A stretch of 64,000 bases of DNA from Acidimicrobiia bacterium (GCA_048595045.1 JBMDXS010000214.1:9831-73830); one strand, 5' to 3'; numbered from the stretch's first letter, positions 18,571 to 28,037 are shown. Numbers and translations are program-made. Notes: generated by a model not told the origin, from the letters alone.

Positions 18571-20082
18571 GTGAATGAGCCGAGCCGTGATGACCTGGCG
18601 CAAGATCTCGACTATCTCGCCTCGTCGCTGGAGGCCCTCGACCTGGACAGTGGGACCCTGGACACGCGAATGGTCGCCCGGCGAGATTGGATCGTCCGCA
18701 CGATCCGCCAATATCTGATTCCCCGGTACGAGCACCCGGCCACACCCTTGATAGTCGTTTTCGCCGGCCCCACCGGGGCCGGGAAATCAACGCTGCTCAA
18801 CTCGATAACCGGGCAGGATCACACCCTTGCCGGCCCCCTCAGGCCGACCACCAAGGAACCTGTGGTGTTGTCTTCGGAGGAGCGGGCCGGGGACTACGAC
18901 CAGATCGGCGGCATCAGCTGTGACGTGGTGACGGGGCGGGCGCCCATCCTCGATGAGCTGATCCTGGTCGACACCCCGGACATCGACAGCACATCGGTGG
19001 ACCACCGGGAGATCGCGGAGACGATGATCGACAATGCCGATGTGATCGTTTACGTCAGCTCGGCGCTGCGGTATTCAGACCTGGTCCCCTGGGAGGTGCT
19101 GAGGAGGGCCCAATCGAGGGGTGTCCCGCTGATCCAGGTCCTGAACAGGATCAGGGCATCTTCACGGGGCGCCCTGGCCGACTACACGTCGATGTTGCGC
19201 GCCGGGGGGCTGGAGGGCAACGTGGTCGCAGTGCAGGAGCACCACGTCGAACCGGGTGCCCAGGCCATCTCCTCGCCGGCCGTTCAGGTGCTTCGTGACC
19301 GTTTGGTCTCGGTGATCGAGGCCCGCCGGGCCGGTGCCGCCGACGTGGTCCAATCGGTGTTCGAGTCTGCCCTGGAGCAGACCCGGGAGGTAATCGATGC
19401 CGCAGCCGCCTCGGTCGATCACCACCTCCTTCGCCGCTCAAGCGTCCGGGAGCTGCTCGGGGTCGATCTGGCCCGCATCGGGTCACGCCGTGAGGCAGGC
19501 CGGGGGCCCGGTCTCGACCTGCGGCCACTCGCCGAGCTGGGCACACGTCGGTTCCGGGGTCGTAGGGCCGTCAAGCGCCGGGCACCGACTCTCGCCGAGG
19601 TGAGGCGCAGCATCGAGATCTTCGACGAGGCCCTGATCGCAGCAGTCGATTCCGATCTTCGGCACCAGATCCATGCAGGTGACCTCATCCAGGGGGAGGA
19701 GCGAAGGCAACTTCTCTCAGATGCGCATCTGGCGACGCGCTCCGCCGTCGGCGGATGGCGCGCCGACCTCCTCGAGATTCCAGCTGTGGCGTCGTCCCTC
19801 GACCCGACACTCGTCTCCCTGCTGTTGGGGGTGTGCTGTTTCGAAGAGCCGGAGCCGGCTCTCCATGAGGTCGTGCGGCTCCTGGCCACCGGTCTCGACC
19901 TACCCGGTGAGTCCGCTTTCGCCGCCGGGATGCTCAACGAGCGGCTGAGCCATGTGTACGTCGGTGCCGAGAATCGGGTCAACGCCCGGCTGTCCGGGGC
20001 TGCGGCGACGAGACGCTCCATCGAGCGGGTCAAGGCGCACCGGTGGGCGGTGATAGCCCGGTCGTCGTTCGCCAATGCATGA
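18571..20082 (+). CDS. P-loop GTPase-domain protein with long helical C-terminal half (dynamin/YfjP-like), partner 1
   Basis: 503 aa. G1 is GPTGAGKST and G3 is LVDTPDIDS. The G4 position reads LNRIR (degenerate). It has a GTG start. Confidence 0.7.
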   Translation: MNEPSRDDLAQDLDYLASSLEALDLDSGTLDTRMVARRDWIVRTIRQYLIPRYEHPATPLIVVFAGPTGAGKSTLLNSITGQDHTLAGPLRPTTKEPVVLSSEERAGDYDQIGGISCDVVTGRAPILDELILVDTPDIDSTSVDHREIAETMIDNADVIVYVSSALRYSDLVPWEVLRRAQSRGVPLIQVLNRIRASSRGALADYTSMLRAGGLEGNVVAVQEHHVEPGAQAISSPAVQVLRDRLVSVIEARRAGAADVVQSVFESALEQTREVIDAAAASVDHHLLRRSSVRELLGVDLARIGSRREAGRGPGLDLRPLAELGTRRFRGRRAVKRRAPTLAEVRRSIEIFDEALIAAVDSDLRHQIHAGDLIQGEERRQLLSDAHLATRSAVGGWRADLLEIPAVASSLDPTLVSLLLGVCCFEEPEPALHEVVRLLATGLDLPGESAFAAGMLNERLSHVYVGAENRVNARLSGAAATRRSIERVKAHRWAVIARSSFANA

Positions 20083-21286
20083 CGCGCTGGTCGGCCTTCT
20101 CGACAAGGCCGATGCCGCGGTGGCCCACTCGGCCGGCGTGCTCGATAGCGAGATCGTCGAGTCGCTGGCTCGGCGCGCCGGGGACACCAGGGCGAGGCTG
20201 TCCTATCCGGATTCGATCGTCGTAGCCGCCCTGGCCGGCGGCACCGGGTCGGGAAAGTCAAGCCTGCTCAATGCGGTAGCCGGGGAGGACGTTGCCCTGA
20301 CCGGGGGCATCCGACCCATGACCTCGACTCCGCTCGCCCTGGTCCCGGAATGGGCCGAGTCGGTGCTCACCGGTTATCTCGACGAGCTCGAGATCCCGGA
20401 TCGGGTCCTGCACCATGGTCCTCAGTGGCTTTGCCTGATCGACCTTCCTGACAACGACAGCGTCGAGGTCTCACATCGTCACACCGTCAACGCGATCCTG
20501 CCCCGGGTCGACGTCGTGACCTGGGTGACCGACCCGGAGAAGTACCGGGATGCCTCCCTCCATCACGGGTACCTGGAGCCATTGGCCCGGTACCAGGACC
20601 AGTTCTTGTTCGTGCTCAACCAGATCGATCGGCTCGATCCGGGCGACGTCGAGGTGGTGGCGGCCGACCTCAGACAGGCACTCGCACTGGACGGGATCTC
20701 CACCCCAGAGATCGTGCTGATGGCAGCCGACCCCGTGGCCGGACCGCCGGTGGGGATCGAGGACTTCAGCGATTCTCTCGATGCCGCACTGGACCGGCGC
20801 CGGGTGGTGGAACGCAAGGCCCTGGCCGACCTGGCCGGTGTCGCTTCCGAGATGATCCGCTCCTCCTCGGATGCACGAGCCGTCGACTTCGAGGGCACGT
20901 GGGCCGCACAGGTCTCCTCGGCAGTGGCGCTGGCCAGGGAGGGGAAGGCAGCGGGAGGCGCCCATGACCTCGCCGAATACGTCTCTCGACTCGCCATCGA
21001 GATGGGCGGTGAGACGGAGTCTCGACTCCTCGACCTTGCCGTGGAGACTCACAACACCTTCCTCCGATGTGTCGAATCGGGCGTCCCCGCCCCCCAGCGC
21101 AGGTCGTGGCTGCGTCTGGGCCGGAGGGGAGAGCCGGGGCTTCTGGATGTGGAGTCCCTGTCCTCGGCGGTCGACACCGAGATCGGCGACCCGATACGCG
21201 AGCTCCTGGTTCAACGTGGCCGAGCTCATGCCGCAATCACCGATCTCGCCCTCGCGCTGGAAGGCATTGAGGGAAAAGCCGGCTAA
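20075..21286 (+). CDS. P-loop GTPase-domain protein, partner 2
   Basis: 403 aa. G1 is GGTGSGKSS, G3 is LIDLPDNDS and G4-like is LNQID. The start overlaps the upstream stop by 8 nt (ATGCATGA). Confidence 0.7.
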   Translation: MHDALVGLLDKADAAVAHSAGVLDSEIVESLARRAGDTRARLSYPDSIVVAALAGGTGSGKSSLLNAVAGEDVALTGGIRPMTSTPLALVPEWAESVLTGYLDELEIPDRVLHHGPQWLCLIDLPDNDSVEVSHRHTVNAILPRVDVVTWVTDPEKYRDASLHHGYLEPLARYQDQFLFVLNQIDRLDPGDVEVVAADLRQALALDGISTPEIVLMAADPVAGPPVGIEDFSDSLDAALDRRRVVERKALADLAGVASEMIRSSSDARAVDFEGTWAAQVSSAVALAREGKAAGGAHDLAEYVSRLAIEMGGETESRLLDLAVETHNTFLRCVESGVPAPQRRSWLRLGRRGEPGLLDVESLSSAVDTEIGDPIRELLVQRGRAHAAITDLALALEGIEGKAG

Positions 21287-21302
21287 CTAGCCTCATCTGC
21301 CC

Positions 21303-22085
21303 ATGGAGGAGATCGCCCCAAACCCGTGGCTGGCCACCGCGGTCGCGGTTGGTTCGGGGGTGGTCCTCTATCTGATCCTGGCGACGGCAGGGGCCAGGTT
21401 CGCCGATCGCGTCGGGAAGCGCGCCCCCGATTCGGCGGCACGGGTGGCGACACTCTGGGCCACGGTGAGGCGATTGGCGCTGGTCGTCATCGTGATCCTG
21501 GTGGTCCTCATCGTTGTCGACATATGGGGCCTCAACATGGCGCCGTTCCTGGCGGTGGGCGCGGCCATCGGGGCCGGCCTGGGGTTTGGGGCCCAGAACC
21601 TGGTGCGAGACGTGATCGCAGGCTTCTTCATCCTGGCCGAGGACCAGTACCGGATCGGTGACACCGTCACGATCGCCAACACCACCGGGAAGGTGGAGGA
21701 CATCCAGTTCCGCGTCACAGTCCTCCGTGACGGCGAGGGGAATGTCCACTTCGTGCCGAACGGGCAGATCATCGTCACCTCCAATCTGACCAGCCTGTAT
21801 GCATCACCGGCCATAGACGTGAGGGTCGCCTACAAGACCGACCTGGACCGCGCCATGGATGTGATGCTCGATGAGCTGACCCGCCTGTCCGCGGACGGGG
21901 GATGGTCCGAACACATAACCAAGGACCCCGACATGCTCGGCGTCCAGGACCTGGTGGGCGCCGGTGTGCTCCTGCGCGCCCGTCTCACCACGACTGCCGA
22001 GCACCGGTGGTCGGTGCAGAGGGAGGCTCTACGCAGGGTCAAGAACCGATTCGCCGCCGAGGGCATCGAAATGGTCACTCAGTGA
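21303..22085 (+). CDS. small-conductance mechanosensitive channel (MscS family)
   Basis: Three N-terminal TM helices are followed by NLVRDVIAGFFILAEDQYRIGD.V.I....G.VEDI..R.T.LRD..G....VPNG. Confidence 0.85.
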   Translation: MEEIAPNPWLATAVAVGSGVVLYLILATAGARFADRVGKRAPDSAARVATLWATVRRLALVVIVILVVLIVVDIWGLNMAPFLAVGAAIGAGLGFGAQNLVRDVIAGFFILAEDQYRIGDTVTIANTTGKVEDIQFRVTVLRDGEGNVHFVPNGQIIVTSNLTSLYASPAIDVRVAYKTDLDRAMDVMLDELTRLSADGGWSEHITKDPDMLGVQDLVGAGVLLRARLTTTAEHRWSVQREALRRVKNRFAAEGIEMVTQ

Positions 22086-23013
22086 ACGGCAGAGGTCCGG
22101 CCAGCACCTGCAGAGAGCCCGGCGCCCACTCCACGACCCCGGCATCCACCAACCCGAGCGACTCGCCATCCGCCTGTGCTGCGACGGGTGGAGCGGCCTC
22201 TATCTCCACGCGTTTCACGTGGGGGAGGACAGACATCTCGGGGATGGCGCCCAGATCGCCTTTGCGGAGGAGGGTGGTGACGATCCGAGGCACGCGACGG
22301 CGCAGCAGCCGTGAGATGGTGAGGAGGGTCATGGGGTCGGGGAGCTCGGGAGAGACCCGGAGCGGCATCTGCCCGAAATAGGTATAGACCTGCCTGAACT
22401 GGAGCAGGGCGGCGATAGCCAGCCATTGTCTGCCACTTTCCTCGATCTTCACGTGGGGGCGCCGGCCGGCGAAGTCCTTGAGTGCGACGCCGAGAGCCGT
22501 CCGGGCGTAGTGGAGCGAGCCAAATCGATACTTCCGGTAGGGGTCCTTGTCCGCCTCCAACACGACCGCGGCGTCCAACCCGAAACCACATGCAAAGACT
22601 GCGTGATGTGTGGTCTCCACCGATCCCCGCATCAGCGTCATCCGGGCTGTTCCCAGGGTCCGGGGGCTGGTTGCCGGGTCGATCAGCAGACGTGCCGCCC
22701 GGGCCGGCTTCGAGGGGATGTCGAGGAGACGGGCGATGACATTGGTCGTGCCCACCGGGATGATCCCCAGCGCTGCCCCGGAATCGATGAGACCCTGGGC
22801 CACATGGTGCACGATGCCGTCGCCGCCCATGGCTGCCACGATCCGGGCACCCGACTCCACCGCTTGCGCCGCCTTGGTCTCGGCGTCGGCCGCCGACTCC
22901 GGCCAGATGGTCTCCACCGCGGCTCCCCGTCGCAGCGCAGACATCACCGCTCGGTGTGCGCCCCCGGTGAACTGCGAAGCGGACGGGTTGGCCACCACCA
23001 CGATGCGGTCCAT
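22075..23013 (-). CDS. diacylglycerol/lipid kinase family protein (YegS/DAGK catalytic domain)
   Basis: Trimmed to MDRIVVVANP. Motifs GGDGIVHHVAQGL and GIIPVGTTNVIAR are present. Confidence 0.8.
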   Translation of the reverse strand: MDRIVVVANPSASQFTGGAHRAVMSALRRGAAVETIWPESAADAETKAAQAVESGARIVAAMGGDGIVHHVAQGLIDSGAALGIIPVGTTNVIARLLDIPSKPARAARLLIDPATSPRTLGTARMTLMRGSVETTHHAVFACGFGLDAAVVLEADKDPYRKYRFGSLHYARTALGVALKDFAGRRPHVKIEESGRQWLAIAALLQFRQVYTYFGQMPLRVSPELPDPMTLLTISRLLRRRVPRIVTTLLRKGDLGAIPEMSVLPHVKRVEIEAAPPVAAQADGESLGLVDAGVVEWAPGSLQVLAGPLPFTE

Positions 23014-23077
23014 AGCGGGGCGAGCGTACAGCGGTACCCTCCAATCCGTGACGGACGCCGGGCCGAAGTTCTCCCTG

Positions 23078-23998
23078 GTGGCGGGTGAAGGTGATGGGGC
23101 CATGCTGGGCCTGGCCGCGGGTGACGCTGCCGGCGGCGTCTGGGAGCTCGGGTACAGCGCCATCACCGAGCAGGCAACCGTGGTTGCCTATCACCTGATC
23201 GAGCACGACCGGATCGATACCGGGACGCTGGTTCGTGAGCTGCGTGAGCTCGACGGGTCGGGTGAAGAGGAACCGGTCTATCGCGCCGAGAGCGGGCAGT
23301 TCCGGGCCTGGCTCGACCGGGCAGCGGCCGGGCGTCCCGTCCCCGAGCAAGGTGAGTCGCTCGACGGTGCGTCCCGTGCGGTGCCCCTAGGAGTAGCCCA
23401 TCGCCGCGACCCGGTGAGCCTCAGGGAGGATGCGCTCGCCCTGGGCAGGCTGTTCCACGACGACGCCTCGGCCATCCTGGCCGGTGTGCTGGCCGCGGCG
23501 GCGGTGGCCGCGTCGTGCTTCGGCCAGTCGGGCCGGGATCTGATCGGGGGTGTGGTCGAGACGTGCGAGCCGGCCCTCGCCGACCTTGGAGCGGAGCCGG
23601 CGACCCGGCGTCTGATCGACGGGGTGACCGGGCTGGTCGGTCATGTCGGTGTCACCGACGGGAAGGAGGCGATCGCGGTGACGGCCGGGGGCAACGATCC
23701 GGGGCCGTGGGAGCTCGCCCTGGCCGGGCTCCTGCTATCCGCCCCACTCGCCGACCCGTTCCATCTGCCGATAGGGCAGGCAGCCCGGATCGGAGGGAGC
23801 TCTCTGTCCGCCATGGTGGGCGGGATAGTTGGTGCCCGGGTGGGGATCAAGGCCTGGCCATGGGCCTTCGCCAACGACACCTGGTTCGCCGAGGTGGGCC
23901 GTCGTCTGGCCAGGGGGCCGCGTGAGGTGAGGGACCTGCCCATCCCCTACGCGGTCGAGCATCACCTCATATCGGGGGAGCGTCAGGGGCTCTACTGA
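23078..23998 (+). CDS. ADP-ribosylglycohydrolase-family protein (active-site ligands apparently degenerate)
   Basis: The N-terminal MLGLAAGDAAGG resembles the ARH GDALG motif. The C-terminal GGSSLSAMVGGIVGARVG sits where GGDTDT..AIAGA is expected. The start is either GTG 23078 or ATG 23102. The upstream part of the track ORF is antisense to the lipid kinase. Confidence 0.6.
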   Translation: MAGEGDGAMLGLAAGDAAGGVWELGYSAITEQATVVAYHLIEHDRIDTGTLVRELRELDGSGEEEPVYRAESGQFRAWLDRAAAGRPVPEQGESLDGASRAVPLGVAHRRDPVSLREDALALGRLFHDDASAILAGVLAAAAVAASCFGQSGRDLIGGVVETCEPALADLGAEPATRRLIDGVTGLVGHVGVTDGKEAIAVTAGGNDPGPWELALAGLLLSAPLADPFHLPIGQAARIGGSSLSAMVGGIVGARVGIKAWPWAFANDTWFAEVGRRLARGPREVRDLPIPYAVEHHLISGERQGLY

Positions 23999-25247
23999 CA
24001 ACCGGCAGATCGGACGGGGCCCAATCCCGGTCCGTGTCGTCCACCCGTCTCAACACCCACCATCCCGCGGCGATGAAGCCGATCAGCGCGCCCATCGCCA
24101 CCCGTCGCCCCAGGCCGAGCACCTCGACTATGAAGGCCCATGTCAGCGGGCCGAGGATCGTTGCGAATCGGCCCACCGTGGCATAGAGGCCGTAGAGCTC
24201 GCCGAGATGACGGGGTGGTGAGACACGGGTCATGACCACCCGGTCGGCGGACCAGGTCGCACCCAAGGCCAGACCGCCGAGGGGCCCGATCGCCCAGGCC
24301 AGCCCGGTCCGGCCGGTGACGGCGGCCGCGATCCCGGCCCCGATCGCAACCATCCACAGGACGAGGACGGCGCGAAGCACGCGCACAGGCCCGAACGGCT
24401 CGATGAGGGTGCCGGCGCCGAGGGCGCCGAAGATCGCCGCGGTGATGGCCACCGCCAGCAGGGCGGTCACGAACCGCCCGTCGAGCCCCAGCTCCTGAAT
24501 CACGAAGATGGTCAGGAAGCCGCCGATCAGGGTGTTGATCGCATCGGTGTAGAGGAATCGGCCCACGAGGAACCGGACGACCCCGTCATGGGACGAGGCC
24601 AGACGCCACGATGAGATCAGCCTGCGCCCGACGTCGGCGAACCCCGGGAGTGGAGCGTCGTCGTGCCCCTCACGCTCCCGGATGAAGAAGAAGGCCGGGA
24701 GCGCCAGCAGCAGGAAGGCGAGGGCGAGGAGCCGGAAGGTGGCGGCGTATGACCATCCCAGGACGTCCAACGCCAGGATCCCGAGTCCGAGCCCGACGAA
24801 CGACCCGACATACCCGACGCCGACACCCAGGCCGGAGACCCTGCCTCGATTGGCCGGCGTGCTCACGTCGACGAGGAGTGCGTCGTAGACCACGGCACCC
24901 ACGTTGAAGGCGACGAGGGCGACCCCGAGCAGGATCAGCGTGAGCGGATCAGAGCCGGTGGCGAGCAGTGCGGTGGTGGCGACACAGACGATCGTCGTGA
25001 GGACGAGGGTCGGGACACGAGTTCCCCGCACATCGCTCCTGGCTCCGGCCCACGGTGCCAGGAATATCACGAAGATCCCGGCTGTGGCCTCGACGATGGC
25101 GAGGGCGCTGTCCGGGCGGTCTACCGATATGAGCCATTCGGGGAAGTAGCGGCCGACGACCCCGAGGGCGAAGATGGTGTTGGCCAGGTCGTAGATCACC
25201 CAGGACCAGACGGATCGACGGCCCGGCGTCACGCCGCGCCCGGTCAT
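23967..25247 (-). CDS. MFS transporter, UMF1/Atg22-like
   Basis: 426 aa with about 12 TM helices. The N-terminal WSWVIYDLANTIF signature is characteristic of the UMF1 family. Confidence 0.8.
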   Translation of the reverse strand: MTGRGVTPGRRSVWSWVIYDLANTIFALGVVGRYFPEWLISVDRPDSALAIVEATAGIFVIFLAPWAGARSDVRGTRVPTLVLTTIVCVATTALLATGSDPLTLILLGVALVAFNVGAVVYDALLVDVSTPANRGRVSGLGVGVGYVGSFVGLGLGILALDVLGWSYAATFRLLALAFLLLALPAFFFIREREGHDDAPLPGFADVGRRLISSWRLASSHDGVVRFLVGRFLYTDAINTLIGGFLTIFVIQELGLDGRFVTALLAVAITAAIFGALGAGTLIEPFGPVRVLRAVLVLWMVAIGAGIAAAVTGRTGLAWAIGPLGGLALGATWSADRVVMTRVSPPRHLGELYGLYATVGRFATILGPLTWAFIVEVLGLGRRVAMGALIGFIAAGWWVLRRVDDTDRDWAPSDLPVVSRAPDAPPI

Positions 25248-25248
25248 G

Positions 25249-26322
25249 TCAGAAGGTTACGGCCACGGAAATCAGTTCCTCGCGCCCGAGGAGGCCGGCA
25301 GCGGCCTGGAGGGCTCGCGATGCCTCGCTGAGTGGGAACTGATGTGAGACGAGATCATCGATCCGGGGATCGGTGTCGATTTGACGGGCCGCCCATTGGT
25401 AGCCCACGGTCGTGGCGCCCATCGCTCCTTTGATCGTGAGCTGTTTGGCGACGAGAACGTCGCTGATGAAGTGGAACGCCCTGTTCCCCTTGGTCGATGC
25501 AAGGATGACCCGACCCCCGCTCCGGACCAGGTCGAGTGCGGTGAACAGCGCCTCCGGGTCGTCGGAGGTGACGTCGAGCACGATGTCCGGCCGCCGCCCG
25601 ATGGCCTCTGCGATGGCGCCGCCGACGTCTTCCCGCTCGGCGTCGATGGCGAGGTCCGCCCCGAGTCGCTTGGCGAGCTCGAGCCGGTCCCGATCATGGG
25701 ACAGGCCGGCGACCCCGACCCATCCGGCACCGGCGGCCTTGGCCGCGATCAGCGAGGCGAGACCCCGCGGACCCGGCCCGAGGATCAGCACATTCTCCCC
25801 TTCCTGCAGCGACGGGAGCTCGACCGCCCAGGTGTGACCGGCCGCGAGAGGGTGCACGAAGGTGCCGACCTCGGCGGGCACATCGTCGGTGAGTTGGTGG
25901 AGTCGCGCCGCCGGGTCGATGTATAGGAACTCGGCGAGCCCGCCCCACAGCCCGGGCGGCTCGATGGACGGGATGAACCCGTACGAATTCGACGGGCGGC
26001 GACGGGCACACGTGGCCAGATTCAGCTTGCATCGATGACATTCCCCACAGTGGATCCTGGGCTCCACCACGACACGCGTGCCTACCGGGTAAGGGATCGT
26101 GGGTCCCGCCCTGGCAATCCTGCCCACCACCTCATGACCAGGGATGAGCGGATAGACCACGTCTTTCGCTTCTCCCTTCCACACCTGGACGTCGGCACCC
26201 GATATGCCGGTCGCCTCGACGGCGAGCCATCCTCCGTTCAGGGCGGGCGACGCGGGCAGTTCTGTCGGCGAGAAGTGGCGAGGCTCGACGAGCATCATCG
26301 CCCGCGCGTTGGTGCCTTCCAT
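25249..26322 (-). CDS. zinc-dependent alcohol dehydrogenase (MDR family)
   Basis: It has GHEVVGRI, the structural-zinc region CGECHRCK and a Rossmann motif ILGPGPRG. Confidence 0.85.
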   Translation of the reverse strand: MEGTNARAMMLVEPRHFSPTELPASPALNGGWLAVEATGISGADVQVWKGEAKDVVYPLIPGHEVVGRIARAGPTIPYPVGTRVVVEPRIHCGECHRCKLNLATCARRRPSNSYGFIPSIEPPGLWGGLAEFLYIDPAARLHQLTDDVPAEVGTFVHPLAAGHTWAVELPSLQEGENVLILGPGPRGLASLIAAKAAGAGWVGVAGLSHDRDRLELAKRLGADLAIDAEREDVGGAIAEAIGRRPDIVLDVTSDDPEALFTALDLVRSGGRVILASTKGNRAFHFISDVLVAKQLTIKGAMGATTVGYQWAARQIDTDPRIDDLVSHQFPLSEASRALQAAAGLLGREELISVAVTF

Positions 26323-26358
26323 CGAAGGCGAGTGTAAACCCGGTTGCGGAGGGCAGAT

Positions 26359-27537
26359 TCAGCCGGCGAGGAGACGCCGGATTCGCTCCATTCCCCGCTC
26401 GATCTCGGCCTCACCGGTCGCGTAGGAGAGCCTCAAATGACCGGGGGCGCCGAACGACTCGCCGGCCACCAGCGCCACCCCCGCCTCCTCCAGGATCACT
26501 GTCGCCAGTTCGTCGGTGGAGGCCCATCTCCCCTCCAGCACCCTGCTCACGTCAGGAAAGACGTAGAACGCACCCTCGGGCTCGAGACAGTTGACACCGG
26601 GGAGGTCGCTCACCAGGGAGAACATCAGCTTGCGGCGAGCATCGAACGCCGCACGCATCTCCTCGACCGTGTCCTGGGGACCGCGTAGGGCGGCCAGGGC
26701 GGCGTGCTGGGCCACGTTGTCGACGTTCCCCGTCGCGTGTGATTGGTGACTGTTGGCCGCTTCGACTATGTCTGCCGGCCCTGCCATCCAGCCAACCCTC
26801 CAACCGGTCATCGAGTAGGTCTTGGCCACGCCATTGATGAGCACCCAGTTCTCGAAGCGGGGCGTGACCGCTGCGATCGATGGGGCGACGTCGGTGAAGT
26901 ATGTGAGACGCTGGTAGATCTCGTCGGCCAGAACCCAGATGTCGTTGGCCATGGCCCATTCCCCGATGGCCCGCGCCTCCTCCGCGGTGTAGACGACCCC
27001 GGTCGGGTTGGATGGGGAGACGAAGACGAGCATGCGTGTCCGCTCTGTCCTGGCGGCTTCCAGACCGGCGACATCGACCTTGAACCCGTTTTCGATGCGA
27101 GTAGGCACCGATACCGTGACCCCGCCGGCCAGATCGATTCCGGCCGGATACGTCACCCAATGTGGGGAGGGGAGGAGGACTTCGTCGCCGGGGTCGAGCA
27201 GTGCGGCGAAAGCCTGGAAGACGGCCTGCTTGGCACCGTTGGTGACCATGACCTCGGACCAGTCGACCTCCACCCCGGAGTAGCGCCGGATGTCCTCTGC
27301 GATCGCCTCCCGCAGAGGTCTGAGACCGGCGGAGGCGGTGTACTTGTGGTTCTCCGGGTCGTGGCAGGCTCGGGCGGCGGCAGCCACCACATGCTCGGGG
27401 GTGGCGAAGTCGGGCTCGCCCGCTCCGAAGCTGATCACGTCGATACCCTCGGCCCGGAGCTCCCGGGCCCTTGCGCTGATTCCCAGGGTCGCGGAAGGTG
27501 GGATGCGGTTGAGACGATCGGAGGCGCGTTTCATCAA
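26359..27537 (-). CDS. pyridoxal-phosphate-dependent aminotransferase (aspartate aminotransferase class I)
   Basis: 392 aa. Motifs GAGEPDF, SPSNPTG, the NGVAKTYSMTGWR lysine motif and a LRLSY tail are present. Confidence 0.9.
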   Translation of the reverse strand: MMKRASDRLNRIPPSATLGISARARELRAEGIDVISFGAGEPDFATPEHVVAAAARACHDPENHKYTASAGLRPLREAIAEDIRRYSGVEVDWSEVMVTNGAKQAVFQAFAALLDPGDEVLLPSPHWVTYPAGIDLAGGVTVSVPTRIENGFKVDVAGLEAARTERTRMLVFVSPSNPTGVVYTAEEARAIGEWAMANDIWVLADEIYQRLTYFTDVAPSIAAVTPRFENWVLINGVAKTYSMTGWRVGWMAGPADIVEAANSHQSHATGNVDNVAQHAALAALRGPQDTVEEMRAAFDARRKLMFSLVSDLPGVNCLEPEGAFYVFPDVSRVLEGRWASTDELATVILEEAGVALVAGESFGAPGHLRLSYATGEAEIERGMERIRRLLAG

Positions 27538-27573
27538 CGCCAGGGTATCCGGGTAGGGCCGGAAGCCCGGGGC

Positions 27574-27942
27574 TCAGCCTTCCAGCTTGTCCTTGGCCTT
27601 CTCTACCACGCCCTCGGCAGCGTCCTTGGCCTCGGCTGCCTTCTCCTGAACGGCGTCCAGGGCACCGGATGCGGAATCCTTCGCCGAGTCGACGACGTCG
27701 CCCGCCTTCTCCTTGGCCGAGTCGACGACGTCGCCCGACTTCTCCTTGGCGCCGGCCATCGCATCGGAGGCTGCGTCCTTGGCCGAGCCCATGACGTCGG
27801 ACGCTTTCTCCTGGGCGCTGCCCATCGCATCCCGGGCCGAGTCGACCGCGTCCTCTGCGAAGTCCCCGGCCTTCTCGACCACCTCTGCCCCCTGGTCCTT
27901 CGCACCGCCAAACCATCCCTTGATGGTGTCCATCAGTCCCAT
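27574..27942 (-). CDS. small hydrophilic protein built from ~10 consecutive 11-residue repeats (LEA group-3-like)
   Basis: 122 aa. From GAKDQGAEVVE to VVEKAKDKLEG the sequence parses into 11-mers such as KSGDVVDSAKE and KAGDVVDSAKD. There are no Cys/Trp/aromatics except in the N-terminal WF. Confidence 0.6.
   Translation of the reverse strand: MGLMDTIKGWFGGAKDQGAEVVEKAGDFAEDAVDSARDAMGSAQEKASDVMGSAKDAASDAMAGAKEKSGDVVDSAKEKAGDVVDSAKDSASGALDAVQEKAAEAKDAAEGVVEKAKDKLEG
27683..27748 (-). repeat. near-perfect 33-bp tandem duplication inside the 11-mer repeat gene
   Basis: 27683-27715 and 27716-27748 (gccgagtcgacgacgtcgcccgMcttctccttg) differ at one base. They encode KEKSGDVVDSA / KEKAGDVVDSA. Confidence 0.9.
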
Positions 27943-28037
27943 CTCACATCCCTTCTCGAGCGGGCGCCCAACCCTACGTGAGTGGCCCGAGGCCGACCGC
28001 AGGCCGGACCGTTTGCCACTGTCACCAGGTAATTTTC

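Noticed and set aside
22610-23077. N-terminal 156 codons of the 462-aa ORF containing the ADP-ribosylglycohydrolase-like gene
   Set aside because: This part is antisense to the DAGK-family kinase, which has clear motifs. The ARH-like similarity only starts at about 23100.
26552-27916. Long antisense or alternative-frame ORFs, for example 26552-27916(-), 22079-23350(-), 43183-44706(-), 53335-54885(-), 41111-42370(-), 39103-40746(+) and 7336-8520(-)
   Set aside because: They are typical high-GC shadow ORFs. Their translations are dominated by R/G/P/A with no motifs, and each overlaps a gene with strong family signatures on another frame or strand.
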